The translations under genes were made by a program, and so were the position numbers. A DNA stretch of 63,725 bases, the filler included, from Intoshia linei (taxonomy: Eukaryota; Animalia; Orthonectida): assembly GCA_001642005.1 (NCBI GenBank). It is 6 parts of 6 records of this genome, joined end to end, with 100 filler letters (N's around TTAATTAATTAA, not from the genome) between each part and the next. Parts side by side here need not be neighbours in the genome. Positions count along the whole stretch, not along the records: positions 1 to 9,053 come from LWCA01001398.1; positions 9,154 to 26,590 come from LWCA01000803.1; 4 more parts are not named here. One strand, written 5' to 3'. Positions 1 to 13,230 of this stretch are shown here, piece by piece. Position 1 is the first letter of the stretch; the number at the start of each line of letters is the position of its first letter. The notes under the pieces are model-generated. The model saw nothing but the letters and a program-made list of their open reading frames with translations, was not told where the DNA came from and did no database searches.

Positions 1-299
1 TAAAATTATAAATATAAATTTATTTAATTAAATAATATAAAATTTAAATATAATATAATATATCGACAAATGTGGAATTAAGAATTATTATGATACAATT
101 ATGAAAAAAATTTTTCCGAATATATTGTGAAAGATTAATTTAATTTGTGCTTCTTAAGAATGACTTAAAAGTTATTTTAACAAAAAATATCTAATAAATT
201 TTGGTATATTATGGAATCTCTGTATTGACCAAACATGACTAACAAGATCGTGAATGTCTTGTATTTGAATGAATTTATTATATTGTAAATAACCAAAAT

Positions 300-625
300 T
301 CGAGAAATTAAATCGTTAATAAAATCCCAAAAAATTGAGCTAGAAACAAATTTAAAAAAATAAACTGTATAACTAAACATTGGAGAACAGTATTATAAGG
401 CGATACCACGTTTAAAAGCTCAAACGCCAATTTCCGTTAAAATAAAGTTCAGCTTTTATTTTTTTATAATATTTATACAGTGATATTTAGAATGACAAAC
501 GCAACTCGAATAGATAGCGTTCAATATTTTTGATTGCGAATTAGTTTTTCTATTTTAAAAATACACACTTTTAGTGCTAATTGCCCATCAAATTCTAAAA
601 TTTTTCAATAATTGTGACACCCTAA
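300..625. repeat. Dispersed repeat ending in a TAGGGTG-type (hATm-like) terminus; related sequence at 1200-1240, 1580-1620 and 56890-56980
   Basis: Shared AAAATTGAGCTAG.AACAAATTTAAAAAA..AACTGTATAACTAAACAT; GACACCCTAA at 616-625 and TTAGGGTGTTAC at 1201. Confidence 0.55.
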
Positions 626-1698
626 TGGTAGGCTTATTAAAGTCTTACAACGTCATGGGAACCATATTAAACATTAGACCTACATTTTAATGATATGTTT
701 CGTTGCATTTATCAATATTTATTACATTTGCATAATATTTTGGTACACTTAGTATTTCTATTTAGATTATAGTCAATTATTTTAATTTAATTTTTTACAT
801 TTTTACTAGATGCGCAGACTGTTCAAGTACATTCTCCAAAAAAATCAAAAAATTTACTTTACTTTTTATTATGTTTTTACTATTTTTTAATATCTGCATA
901 ACAAATTGGTACAGTGTGTAAACGTGATAAAACAAACAAAAATTTGTTTGAATTATTAGGAAATTTTCATTCACAGGAATCAAACGTTAAAACGTTAAAT
1001 TATTTTATTTTTATGTATTCAACTAAATTTACAACTCGTATATATTTAACAATAAAGTGAAATACTTTTAACTAATGGGAACTGTATGTACAAAAAAAAA
1101 GAATACAAATGTAGCAATACAAGTAATTTTGAACTTAGTATCTTATACACATTATATGTATATTGACAGACATTACAAGTAATTTCATGCACACTGTGCA
1201 TTAGGGTGTTACATTTTTGGGAAAATTTGCAAATTATCTCGATTCTCAGCACTGAATATTACATATTATATTAATACATTCATATATATAATATAATTAT
1301 CATGTCAAAATGAAAATCTTCAAATTCGAATAGTGATCATGTAGGAATGATGATAATTATCTCATACGAAAATATTATAGAAAATTATAAATTTAACGTT
1401 ATTTGTAGAAATATTTTATTTACACCCATGCACTGTGCCCATATTTCGTTGTATATTTCAATTTTTTTTATTCCATCTTAGCTATTTTATTTTGGACTTT
1501 ATGCGCAGTTGAAAATCCTATGTAACCTGTATTTACTACATACATTATGAATATTATGCCTTATAAGGAATCAAGGTAAAAACCTAAAAATTGAGCTAGG
1601 GCAAAATTTAAAAAATGTATATATAATATACAGTGTACTTGAATTTTAAAATTCAGACCAAGAAAAAATTTTCAGTATACAAATATATTGTAATTTAG

Positions 1699-2135
1699 GA
1701 ATTTGGAATCTATGATACATGTGATAATCACATTCACAACAAGATAAATAAATCTACGTTACCCCTAAAAGATAATTTTACTAGACAGAAACAAATATAT
1801 TTAAAATTTGGAGTGGACATAGACGATTTATCGCAAGATTTAGACACTAGTGCCCTGCATGTCACCAACAAATCATTTCGAATTACCAAAGAAAGTAAGT
1901 GGATTGTTTTACAATTTTGTATAGTTTTATGTCATAGGTAAAAACGCAAAGTTAAAGAATATGAAACTTGCCAACGTTAATTCTGGCAATTCAATGTCAC
2001 GATTTGATTCCATAGGTAATTGTTTTTGCTTTGTTTATGTATTTATTTTTATTTTTAGTTAATGAAGGTCAAGTGAATAAAATGCAGCAAATTATTTTAT
2101 TTTCATACATGAGTAATTTAAATTATCAACATTAA
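1699..2135 (+). CDS. 3' exons of an unidentified spliced gene (1699-1894, 1938-2015, 2059-2135)
   Basis: Two 43-nt GT-AG introns join an open frame EFGIYDTCDNH...ITKE/SKNAK...FDSI/VNEGQ...YQH*. No family recognised; no clean upstream exon. Confidence 0.5.
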
Positions 2136-2559
2136 TTAACTTTTATTCTATTGTTAAAGAATGGTAGAATGTAAGAATATTTAAGTTACCCATTCTACGT
2201 TATTCATTTAAGTCAAATAAATTTACTTTTTTGACTAGTTTTTGACACGTAAGATGTGAGTTTGAAATTTATCTTATGATCACCCCGGAAAAAACTGTAA
2301 TTGAAATGTTGACTTTATAAAATTCTAAGACTGGTAGTTATTGAAATAAAGTGAAACACACACAAAAAAATATTGCGTAGCATATTACATACGTATTATG
2401 TATAATATACTAATATACGTAAGGATTAGATTACTCAAATTCTAGTTTCGACTCAAAAGTCTTTTTGAATGATTACACCGGTTAATAACTATAATAAAAT
2501 CCGCATAAATAGTTATTGTAAGTATACTTACATGAACAATGAACGATTAGATTATTATA

Positions 2560-2833
2560 AATTTATTTTACAATGATTTTTAGATTCATTAAATCATAAA
2601 ATGAAGTAAAGAACATTTTACAATATTTGTAACAATTTGTACTTAAATATACATTATAATCGAATATCATATTTACTCGTTTATTTGAAGAACTCTGTTC
2701 ATTTTTTTCTGTATCATCGTATCTGCATGAAAAAATAAATTATTATATTATGATTATACTAGCAAATTATTAAAAATACCTTTGTAATACAATGTTTCGT
2801 TTCTAGATAATTTTGGCCGTTTCGATTCAATTT
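2560..2833 (-). CDS. Small exons of an unidentified spliced gene (approximate bounds)
   Basis: Short GT-AG introns join IESKRPKLSRNETLYYK/DTMIQKKMNRVLQIN/DTNCYKYCKMFFTSFYDLMNLKII in frame. Possible further exons to about 3120 do not join cleanly. Confidence 0.35.
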
Positions 2834-3498
2834 CTAATAAAAATTTTAATTTGAATTGATATCAATAATGTTAAATCAACATGTAGGCTCAATGCAAGTA
2901 TCAAAAGTTTTAATAAATATATTTGTCAAAGGATATCAATCACTAGTCAGTGAACAGTTTGACAGTAAGATCTCATAAAAAAGCATATTAATATTTCTGA
3001 CAACTTCCAACAAACCCTTTTTTCTAAAACTATTTCAAAAAATTAAAACACACCAGTCATAGCCAAGGCAATGGAGAGCCAGCAGTAGTCCCATATAAAC
3101 ATTTTCAAATATGGAACCTCTATACAGTGCTTAATAGATCTTTCATTATATCAAAATTAAAAATAACCGTTGAAAATCGCATTAAATTAAAAAAGTAGGA
3201 GATCATGATTGTAGGCCCGGATCATATGACCCCATTAAATATATTTATGTAACATGTAACGTTTCTGCACGTAAATTAACCTAGAATGGCTTAAGTATAA
3301 AATAATTTATATTTCATTTATACTACTTTTTCACAGGTCAGTCTCAATCATAATAAACAAAAAATCTCTAAAAATTTTATTTATCCTTTCACTCTTTGGA
3401 ATTTATGTTTTAATTTAAACTTGTATAATTTTTAAATCACCTATGTGAAAATGTATAAGAATAAAATTTATCAAAATTATAATGTGTATAGTATAGAA

Positions 3499-4469
3499 CA
3501 GGGCTTCTCAAACAAGGAGTCGCGTCAAAATAAATTGGAGTCAGTAACGATAGAGCAACATTAATGTAACTATCGTTATCATCACTCAGTCTAGAATGAA
3601 TATATTATGTTAATTCATTCTCTACATAAAATATAATGTTTGGTATATAAGTTTCTAGTAGTAAAATATTAAAGTTACTGCTAGTAATTAATATCATTAT
3701 CTCGTTGACAAATGTACTTATAACTTCATTTTTATGAGTTATACCACCCGATTACGTTACTGGGTCGCAAGAAAATTTAAAATTGTTGTCTTTTTAAACT
3801 TGAAGTAAAAAATTTAAATGTATCTATAACTAAATTGTCCAAGTTTAAGAAAGTTAAGTAAGTTTGTCATTTACAAAATTTAAATAATTACTCTATTTCT
3901 AAAATTCATCTATATTAACGTTAATATATCAATGAAAACATTGGCTAATAAAACAAAAAACCGAAAAAAGAAGAATTTCCAGTTCTTTCAGCTGATTTTA
4001 GTATTAAAATTCTATTTAAACATAAATCATTAGATATTTTTTGGCTTTTAATGGAGAAAGAATGCCCATCTCTATCAAAAATAGCTATAACGATTCTTCT
4101 TCCGTTTTCTACCACTTATCTATGTGAATCAGCCTTTTCAAAGATGACCGCAATAAAGACAAAATATCGTTTCAGTCTTAAAGATATAGAAATGGTTCTA
4201 AGACCAACAATGACAAACATTAAGCCTCAATTTAATTTATTATGTAAAAAGCAACAATTACGTACATATCATTAAAATGTATATAATTATTTTTATTTTA
4301 TTGATAAGCGTTATTATCATGTCTTCAATTCCATTCATTGTGTGTACATTTTTAGGCTACCAACTTAGTATTTTTTTTAGTAACATTTATATTATTTTGA
4401 TGGACAGGGGTCACGAATAATTTTATTAGATCAAAAGGGGTCGTGAGTTAAAAAGTGTGAGAAGCCCTG
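3499..4469 (+). mobile_element. Internally deleted hAT (Buster/Charlie-type) transposon
   Basis: TIRs CAGGGCTTCTCA.AC / GT.TGAGAAGCCCTG; 8-bp TSD gtatagaa/atatagaa; ORF 4051-4275 is the hAT C-terminal dimerisation domain (LLPFSTTYLCESAFSKMTAIKTKYR). Confidence 0.92.
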
Positions 4470-6570
4470 ATATAGAATACACAGAGAGGGAAAGGGTTAA
4501 ATTACTTAGTACGTATGATCGTTTTTAAGTGATATATCATATGTGATATGCATTGAAGGGATAATTATCCCTTTCAATTATAATTATTATATATATATAT
4601 ATATAATTAGGACTATAATCCTTTGATTGATTTAAAATTAAATTTTTTTGATTTTAAAACGCGTCTATGTTTTATTAAATTTAGAGCTGATTTTATTTTT
4701 AAAAAAAGGGCTAATTCGGTTTTTGACCATGAAGGACTCAATTTCTGGAAATGAAACATAGATAAAAACATCACCCGTGAAAAACTGTATTCAAAATCAA
4801 TTGGATTTTTTTAATTTTAAGACTGTTCATTTTTTAAATAAACGGTAACACAGACAGAAACACAAAAATTCAATTTTATATTAGTAATGGATTATGTCAT
4901 GATTTAAAATTGTAGTTTCCAATTATGCCCATTATAAAATAATGAATTGTAGTTATAAATGTTGGAAACTTTTTTATATTGATTGTATTATCCAATTAAT
5001 ATTGAAAATTGTACCTCTACGTCACTCGAAAGAGGATTTTCGAATTATTATTGTAAATCACACTCTAATCAATATTCAAAATTTATGAATATTATTCCTA
5101 TATTAATTGAATTTATTGTTTGTTTTTTCTACCAAAAGTAGTGCATGTCTGAAAAACTGATTTGATGTCGCAAATTTGTTTTTTGAAATATGAAAAATAT
5201 TCGGTACAAATGCGATTTTACCAAGCCAAGACTGATCAACTGTAAACTGTGTTAGTTACCTACGCATGAAGTTTTTGACATGATATATCCCTAATTTGCA
5301 TTAAATGCACGACATTGCGGCTCAATATACACATGTTATGTCGTGTACGTCTTAGAAATATAATTAAAAAAATCATGAAGATTTAAAATACCGGTTTCAA
5401 TTTTTTCACTGACGACTTTGTTTGAATTATTATCAGCAAATACACCAAAATTACTATATACTTTAATTCTTTTGCTTTGGCTTAATTTTAAATCTTGATG
5501 TTTCTTACGAGTTGAATTATTCTCGATTACAAATATTTCAGTTGTTTGGGGAAGTTTGCTCTAAAATGCATTGTATGAAGTTATTTATAATTACAGGTGT
5601 TGGTTTCCCTAAATTAAACATACTGTATATACAGTTTCCCATAACTATCAGAATTATCCTAATCCCATTTACATATGTAAATATTGATATACAATATTGT
5701 AAAATTAAGAGTATTTATTTTGCAAGTACCATTTAAAAATTAAATAGTTTCTAATCATTTTTGGTTTCAAAGATCACGCACGTTTAAATGAATATTTATA
5801 ACCAACAATTTTCGTTGAATATTTTGGTAAACAATTGGTAACGTGATATACAATTTTCACTTTATAACTCACATCGGTTTAACAGTAAAATCAATTTCGC
5901 ATGTATTTCATAATAAAACAAATAAATAGTATAGTATAGTGTTGTTTTACCATAAGGGCGTCACTTTGTCAAATTGACGTTTTTAAGGGTGTTTAATGGA
6001 TATGACTATATCAACTGTAAATTTTTTTAAATGCTAGGACTATTTTAATTTTTAAAAAATGGGTACTTTAGGGTTTTGATAGTGAAAATCTAATTTTTTC
6101 AGGTTCAATTTATTATAATCATTATAATTTTAAAAATTATACCAGAATTTATGTTTTATAAATTTAGTACATGTTTCATTTTTTAAATATAGGGACTTTT
6201 GGTTTTCACCATGAAGCTGTGTGTTTCTGAGGCTGAGATTTACGACAATGTTAATCATTTTATAATGCTTCCAAAAATGTATGTTTTATTAAATTTTTAA
6301 ATAAACGGTAATACACACACAGACATTCAACTTTATATAAGTACAGGATGTTCATGAATTAATTCAAATAACATTCATTTTTAAATCGGCACGATTATAA
6401 ATGTACTCAATTTTACTAATCGAAGAATATTCATCAAATGTAGCAGAAAAGTTTATACAGTAGAACTCGTTCTAATAATTCAATCATTTTTAATAGAGAT
6501 CACTGACATCGTTAAAATGCAGTTAGTGACACGCTATTTATTACAAAGTTATTTTATCTGTTTTGCATAA

Positions 6571-7350
6571 TCCTTACATATATAAAGTAATTTAGTTCAA
6601 AATGTATGTATATTTATTTGGTATGTTTGTTCCAGTTTATTTAAGAACGCAAGAGGATTCAAGTTTTAAAAATTCATATTTCTATTACAATTTTTCGAGG
6701 ATGATGTTTTACCGCAAATTTCATTATCAGACATTGAGTTCTTCAAGCTCAAAAACTCCAATTATTCTTTTTTTTAAAATTCAAACGAGTCCTAGAATTA
6801 TAAAAAATACACAATCTGATACATATTCTAAAATCATCAACATTGTAATTAATTTAAATTTCAAAATCTTATATCTTCACGGCAAAACCACAAATTACAT
6901 TTTTTTTACAAATGAAGTCCTAGAATTTAAAAAAACAATATGCTTGATACAGTTATCTTCAGTTAACACATAATAAAAATTTCAATTTAACAAAGTTACG
7001 TCTTCACGGTCAAAAAAACACTTTAGTATTAATTTTTTTTTATTTCGAAATTATTTTATTAACAACTATAGGTAAAACAGATAATTTGAAATAATTAATA
7101 GTCCTACAATTTAAAAAAAAGATTATTCTGATATAGCTTATTCCAGTTGATATAAATACAAAAGTTCAACCCGAGAAATCTACGCATTCCCATGAAAATA
7201 ATTTTTAATATATTATCAACCAATATTTTTCAAATGTTAGATTAAAATTAAAAAAGTAAACATTCATCCTAAAATTTCAAAAAAAAGTGCATTGAACATC
7301 TACAAATTTCCAATAGAGATATGGGTGCAAATCTCATAAATTCATTCCTT
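6571..7350 (+). mobile_element. Non-autonomous Helitron-like repeat family. Other copies: about 4640-4892(-), 5957-6349(-), 9154-10622(-), 11847-12499(-), 14173-14744(-), 15800-16202(-), 30770-31470(-), 55629-56830(+); fragments near 2240-2350 and 37190-37225
   Basis: Shared 5' end A|TCCT(A/T)AC(T/A)TATATAA followed by a TGTCTG/TGTG microsatellite-like tract; degenerate ~130-bp internal units (AAAAGGGTAATTTGTGGTTTTGGCCATGAAG); 3' CTAG|T ends at 14173 and 11847 on the minus strand; no TIR or TSD. Confidence 0.7.
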
Positions 7351-7899
7351 CAAACTATAACTGTAAACAACTACATCGTACAACTTTGTTATTATCATTT
7401 TTATACAATGATTTCCAATATTGGTAAAATTCATCTGAAATATGTTTTTAAAGTGCTGATACCGTTAATTCTTAACAAAAAAATTGATATTTTTTACTTA
7501 TCGAAAGAAAATATATATATCATCTTTGTTTTTAAAATTATTTACACAAATACATATTAAATTAAAATATTAATTAATTATTAATTAAATGATACTATTT
7601 AATGCTCCGACTAATTTAATAGTTTTAGCGTCTAATTTAATATTTATAACGCATAATTTAATTAATTCAACATTTCATAAGTACAGTGGTCGTCTAATTT
7701 AATGCTTAAGCGTGTAATATAATTATTGTATCATCTAACTTAATATTCGAAACGTTTAAATCAATTTATATAAATTTCTGTTCACCACAAATCAACACTT
7801 CTCATAAGCCGTTTTTTATGTATTATCATTTTTAAGTAAATTTTATACATATATGGTCAGTTTCTCGAAATTCTTCCAATTCAAATCTAAAATTGTGTG

Positions 7900-8240
7900 T
7901 AACAGACCCAAAATTAAGTACTAAAAACTGGACAGATGCGTTTCAATGGGTTCAAAAACAAAATAAATTAAAACAGTTTTGAAAATTTTTTTAATATCTG
8001 AAAATTTTTAAATTCTGTTTGGAAAATATCGCTGGATCGTGAAAATTGGAAGTTTTCCAAGTGTACGTATCCCTTTTGGGGTAAAAATTAAATGTGTAAA
8101 CTTTCTATCGGTATAGCAATACGATTAAGAATTAATTGGTGTATTGTACCTCGAGAGTCGAAAGCTCTCCCATTGAATGTCAACAGAAAAAAAGGACGAC
8201 CAGCTCAGGCTAATCAAGCTTTTCCGAGGCAGTATTAAAT
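7900..8240 (+). pseudogene. MULE (Mutator-like) transposase C-terminal SWIM remnant
   Basis: SKCTYPFWGKN*MCKLSIGIAIRL...PRESKALPLNVNRKKGRPAQANQA resembles the SWIM plus KRKRGRP tail of MULE transposases. Confidence 0.6.
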
Positions 8241-8569
8241 TAACGGTTAATTTAATAAATTAAGTTAGTTTTATAAAAAATAACGTTATGTTTAAATAAA
8301 ATAAATTCTACTTCTATTCTATTATTCTATTATTACTACTATTTTATTACTACTATTCTATTAACCCAATAACAGCTAGTTTATTGAGTTAAATTTTAGT
8401 TAATAAATTAAAAAAGGTTTTAAACATTTACCTTTACATTAAAAAGTTAACATAAATAAATTTTAAAATTTAATATGAATTTAAATTAATCTTACTTTTT
8501 TGATAAAATATATCTTCAGGGCCAAATCGACTGTATATACTCCCTGAAAAATAATTTCAATAATTATAA

Positions 8570-8960
8570 TTATTTCATTAGATATAACCTATTTTACAAA
8601 TGTTCGTAAAAACTGAACTTTGCCCATTCCATACTTTATTTTTTCATTCGTGTAGAAAGCAAGGGTTTTCGAATTTGTTTGTATGATTTGTATCCTGCAT
8701 CTACAAGTTTACGGTTCACTGTTCTTCTTGATAAATTATTATTTTTGGTTTCAAGTTTAGATACGATTTCATTAAAGCTGGAATTTCTGTTTTCCAGTGC
8801 GGTTCTAATAATAATTCTATCAGTTCTTTCATCTGTCCCATTTTTTCTGCCACAGTTTTTTCTTTTGGATACATTCAATTCGTCTGTTTTTAAGTCACTT
8901 TTTTTAGCAAAGATACATATGATTGCGATACACCAATTCTATCAGAAATTTTTTTTGACT
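8570..8960 (-). pseudogene. Tc1-like transposase N-terminal remnant
   Basis: CGRK...TDRIIIR...LSRRTVNRKLVDAGY...RKPLLS...EWAK matches the Tc1/Tc3 HTH region; contains stops. Confidence 0.8.
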
Positions 8961-9053
8961 TTAATTAGTATTTTCAATTAAACCAAATATCATAAATTTT
9001 GAAAATTAATTCCAATATTACCCATTAGTTTAAAATAATAGGTCCCGTTATGA

Positions 9054-9153
9054 NNNNNNNNNNNNNNNNNNNNNNNNNNNNNNNNNNNNNNNNNNNNTTA
9101 ATTAATTAANNNNNNNNNNNNNNNNNNNNNNNNNNNNNNNNNNNNNNNNNNNN
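9054..9153. other. Artificial contig/scaffold linker (44N-TTAATTAATTAA-44N); identical linkers at 26591-26690, 34517-34616, 45512-45611, 58176-58275
   Basis: Five identical 100-bp blocks; the central 12-mer places stop codons in all six frames. Confidence 0.97.
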
Positions 9154-12100
9154 AAGGTTTTTTTTAAATTTAATTCATTAATAATAATAAAACAAATTTA
9201 AAATAACTACTTAAATTGATTCTTAATTCTCGTTATATATCTAAAAACTATTTAATTAATTAATCAACCAAAAAAATTAAATTTTATATCATTATGTACA
9301 GTTTAATTTTATTAAAAATTTAAGATAGTTTCATTCAATAAAGGTAAAGAGTAAGAACATTTTATCTAATGCGCAAAAACTGAAATATCCCTTCATAAAG
9401 TAATATTTTATTGTTGACACTATGTAAACATTGGTAATAAAATTAATTTTGTACTCATATTTCATGAATAATAATTTGTTCACAATTGACATATGTACCG
9501 CCTTATTTTTTTTGGTATGCAAACAATTTAAATTTATCAGTTGATTTTTTTGCATTACGGCAAAGAATAGTAAATTTATGATTGTACTTTTTTGCATGTA
9601 TACGTGTTGTCTCGTAAGGGTTAATTGAATCTTCACTTTATAAATAATTCAGTCGAATTCTACCATTATTGCAAAGGATTGTAATATAAAAATGATTGAT
9701 GTTAAAAATTTGTCCATACTTTTGGCCTTTTTTCTTGTGAATATTACTTTTCTTTTTATCATTTTATGTTAAATTTGTAACACTTATCAATAAAAAAAAT
9801 AACGTTTCAGTTAATATAAATTTAATTTTATAAATTCGTTGCTGTAGTGTTAAAATTTGAAGATTAAAAAATATTTGAAAAATGAAAATTTAAAAATTGC
9901 GTAGCCATGAAAAAAATTCCGAAGGAATGAATTATATAGACTTTCACCCATATGTCTTCATTGAAAATGTGTAGACGTACACATTTTTTTTGAAATTGTA
10001 GGATCAATATTTACATTTTCAATTTTTGATTTTAATCGAAATATTTGAAAAATATTGGTTGATAATATATTAAAAATTACTTTTCACTGGGAATGCGTAG
10101 ATTTCTGGGGATGAAATTTTTTATTTATATCAACTGGAATAAGCTCTATCAGAATAATCCTTTTTTTAAATTTTCAGATTGTTAATTATTTCATATTTTT
10201 TGTTTTAATTAAATATTTCGGAAAAAAATATATGAATACTAAAATGCTTTTTTGTCCGTGAAGTCGTCACTATTCGAATTGAAATTTTATATGTGTATTA
10301 ACAGGATACAACTGTACAACGTGTAGATTTTTTGAAATTATAGGGCTGTTTTCATTAAAAAAAAAAGGGTAATTTGGGGTTTTGGCCATGAAGATGTAAT
10401 TTTTTTAAATTTAAATTTATGATAATGTTTATGATTTTAAAATCCGCATTAATGTATATATTTTTTTAAATTCTCGAACTCGTTTGATTTTCAAAAAGAG
10501 GGACAACAAGGGTTTTTGACCCTTAAGATGTGAAATTGGGAGGTTAAAATATATCTTAATATACGTCCCGGAAAAAACTGTAATTGAAATGTGATCTTTA
10601 AAAAATTCTAAATAAGTTAGGATTATAGTTTATTTATTAGTTTTAAATGTGATTCGATAGTTGCCATATATTATTATAAACTTCATATGGAACCTTTCGA
10701 TGTGTTTTCTAAGTTTTATATAATGTTTGAAGATTTTTCTAAATATTCATTATATAATATGTACATTTTGAGGAATTAGTCCGATATAATAGTTAATTTA
10801 GTATTTATTATGAATTTTGCATCTAAAAATAATAATTATAAAGTTCTCAAACATAGAACTAAATTTTTAGGTTTTTGATATATTTTTTAAAAAATGTATT
10901 ATTTAGGTTTTGTCAATTTATTCAAAAACTGCCTTTAGATTTTTGTAATGATATATCTCATTTTTATTATCTCTAAATTATCTTTAGGTGTCACATCACT
11001 AAACTTATAAATCGTAATTACTTTTTTCAACTTGTACAGCTAAATTCTAATAATTATCAAATCTTTACGTATATGTTGTCGTTCTATTATTTTAATTTAT
11101 ACATATTACATGTAGTACATGTGTATTTGTTTATTAATAAACGTTATTATTTAAATTGTATGTTTTTTTTTGATATCATTAACTTGGTACAATAATTAAT
11201 CAATCAACTCAATGACCCTAATCGATTGGGTAGTATCACTCCGCCATAAAAGTCATTTTCAAAATTTTGAAATGTTTTCAATTTTATAGACTTAAAAAAT
11301 AATCCTTAACAACTTCAATGATTAATGCAGGGTGATCCAAAAAATGACCCGTGGGCCACATGCGGCCCTCCAGATCAAATAGTGTAGTCCGCAAAAGTTT
11401 TTAGTAATATATTTTGTAAAACAGGTAAATATTAAAAATAAATATGATTTAATATTTATGTGCAATTTCGAACTGATTTGCTAATGCTGATTCTATTAAA
11501 CCTAAATTGGAGCTTTTGAATAATTTTATAGATGTAGAAATTAAAATTATTCATAAATATTTCACACAATAAGCAATTTGAGTTGTGTGAATTGCAATCA
11601 GATTATTTCAATAATAATAATTTCATAATTAAGAAAAAAATGTGATTTGACTGACCCTTTTTGAAACGGTATATGCTCGTTTTCAATTTTTAGCTGGGCA
11701 TATAAAATTTGCTGGGCGTATTATTTGAAAAAATATCACAATTACCATATTACTTAGCATTAATTTAAATTTATTAGCAATACTTTATCTTTCTAGTAAG
11801 TACGTACGTCTTATAGTAAGTGGTGAGAAAAATTTCCTAAGTAACACTAGGTTGACTGTTATGTACTACGTACAAACAGCACCTAGCTCTGCCGAGGGCA
11901 GACTTATCTAATTCTACCAAAAATATAAATTTAATAATAAAATGTTAATTAAAAATGCTACTCATTATTAACAATCATTTAAAGAAGTCATTCTTAAACT
12001 TGAATTTTACATTACCTTTTGATTTAAAATAAATAATTCCCACTTATTTTATGTGATTAGCATTTTTGTAAATTGTTTTTTAAAAAAAATTTTGTGATTC

Positions 12101-12499
12101 AAGATTTATTGAAGATACTGAGTGTATAATCTTAAAAATATAACCAAAATAATCAACATAGCTTAAATTCTATAAAAAATAAAATTGTAAATAAACCTGT
12201 ATATTCAGTATTTTCTTTCCATGATTAAAAAATATTAATTTTTATCCATAATTAACGGAAGCAGAAGTTTAAAAACATTTCGGATGAATTTAACCAACAT
12301 GGCAAAGCATTCAAGCTTCAGACTTTGAAGCATTGTAATAATTTATTACAATTATTATTATTATTACTAATAAATACAAAAATAATAATAATAAAGTTGT
12401 ACTTTTAGTTGCTGTAGTTTTATAATAAATTTTTTGAAAATGAGTATTTTAGTAAGAAAAATTGCGTAGCAATAAAAAAAAATCAGAAGGAATGAATTA

Positions 12500-13230
12500 C
12501 AGTGGTTTCTGTTCAATATGAATACTGTATAATATGAATTCACGCTTATATGAATTTCATGAAAATAAAAGTTAGATTTATATAGTTTTTATTATGACAA
12601 AAAAATTTTTATATGAATTTTATTCAATAATAACTGTGAATATGAATTTGTGTAAATAAACATAAATTTGTATTAATTTTTTATCACGTGACTTATAAAT
12701 TTCAGAAAAGTAACCATTCAATATGAATTTGACGAGAAAAAGATTTTTTGATAAATGATAAAATAAAATTGATTAAACTGTTTGACGAATATTCAAATCA
12801 AAAATATTTAGCCACCAAACACTCAATTTCAGTAGGTTTGATAAATAAGTCATTAAAAAATCGTGAAGAAATCCTTAATTGTAATAATTTGAATCAGAAG
12901 AGACAACCTTGCCTAAGGAAATCTATGAAAATTGAATCAGTGGTTTCAACGTCAACGGACATTAAATATAAGTATAAGTGGCAATATATTGAAAGAAATG
13001 GCGCTGGAAATTGACAATCTTTTGAATTTGAACGATTTTAAAGTCTCTACTGATTGTTTAAATTTTTTTTTTTAACCAGAGATTCCATTAAATTAAAAAA
13101 AATTATAGAATTAAAATTAGTAAGCGAGTCTAAAATAAAAGAATTATTTTCTGAAGCTGTAGAAAAATATAGAAATGATAACATATTTAACTGTGATGAA
13201 ACCAGATCTTTTACTAGAAAAAATTGAAAA
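12500..13230 (+). mobile_element. Degenerate pogo/Tigger element inserted at a TA within a Helitron-like copy
   Basis: TA|CAGTGG terminus; psq/CENP-B HTH-like ORF 12748-13014; FKVSTDCL and NIFNCDET motifs; frameshifts. Confidence 0.7.

Noticed and set aside
9098-9109. Repeated TTAATTAATTAA between N runs as a biological repeat or CRISPR-like unit
   Set aside because: Artificial stop-codon linker.
6602-9636. ORFs 6602-6973, 7321-7560, 8679-8981, 9331-9636 and similar F/I/L/K/N-rich short ORFs
   Set aside because: Chance frames in AT-rich repeats or antisense to transposase remnants.
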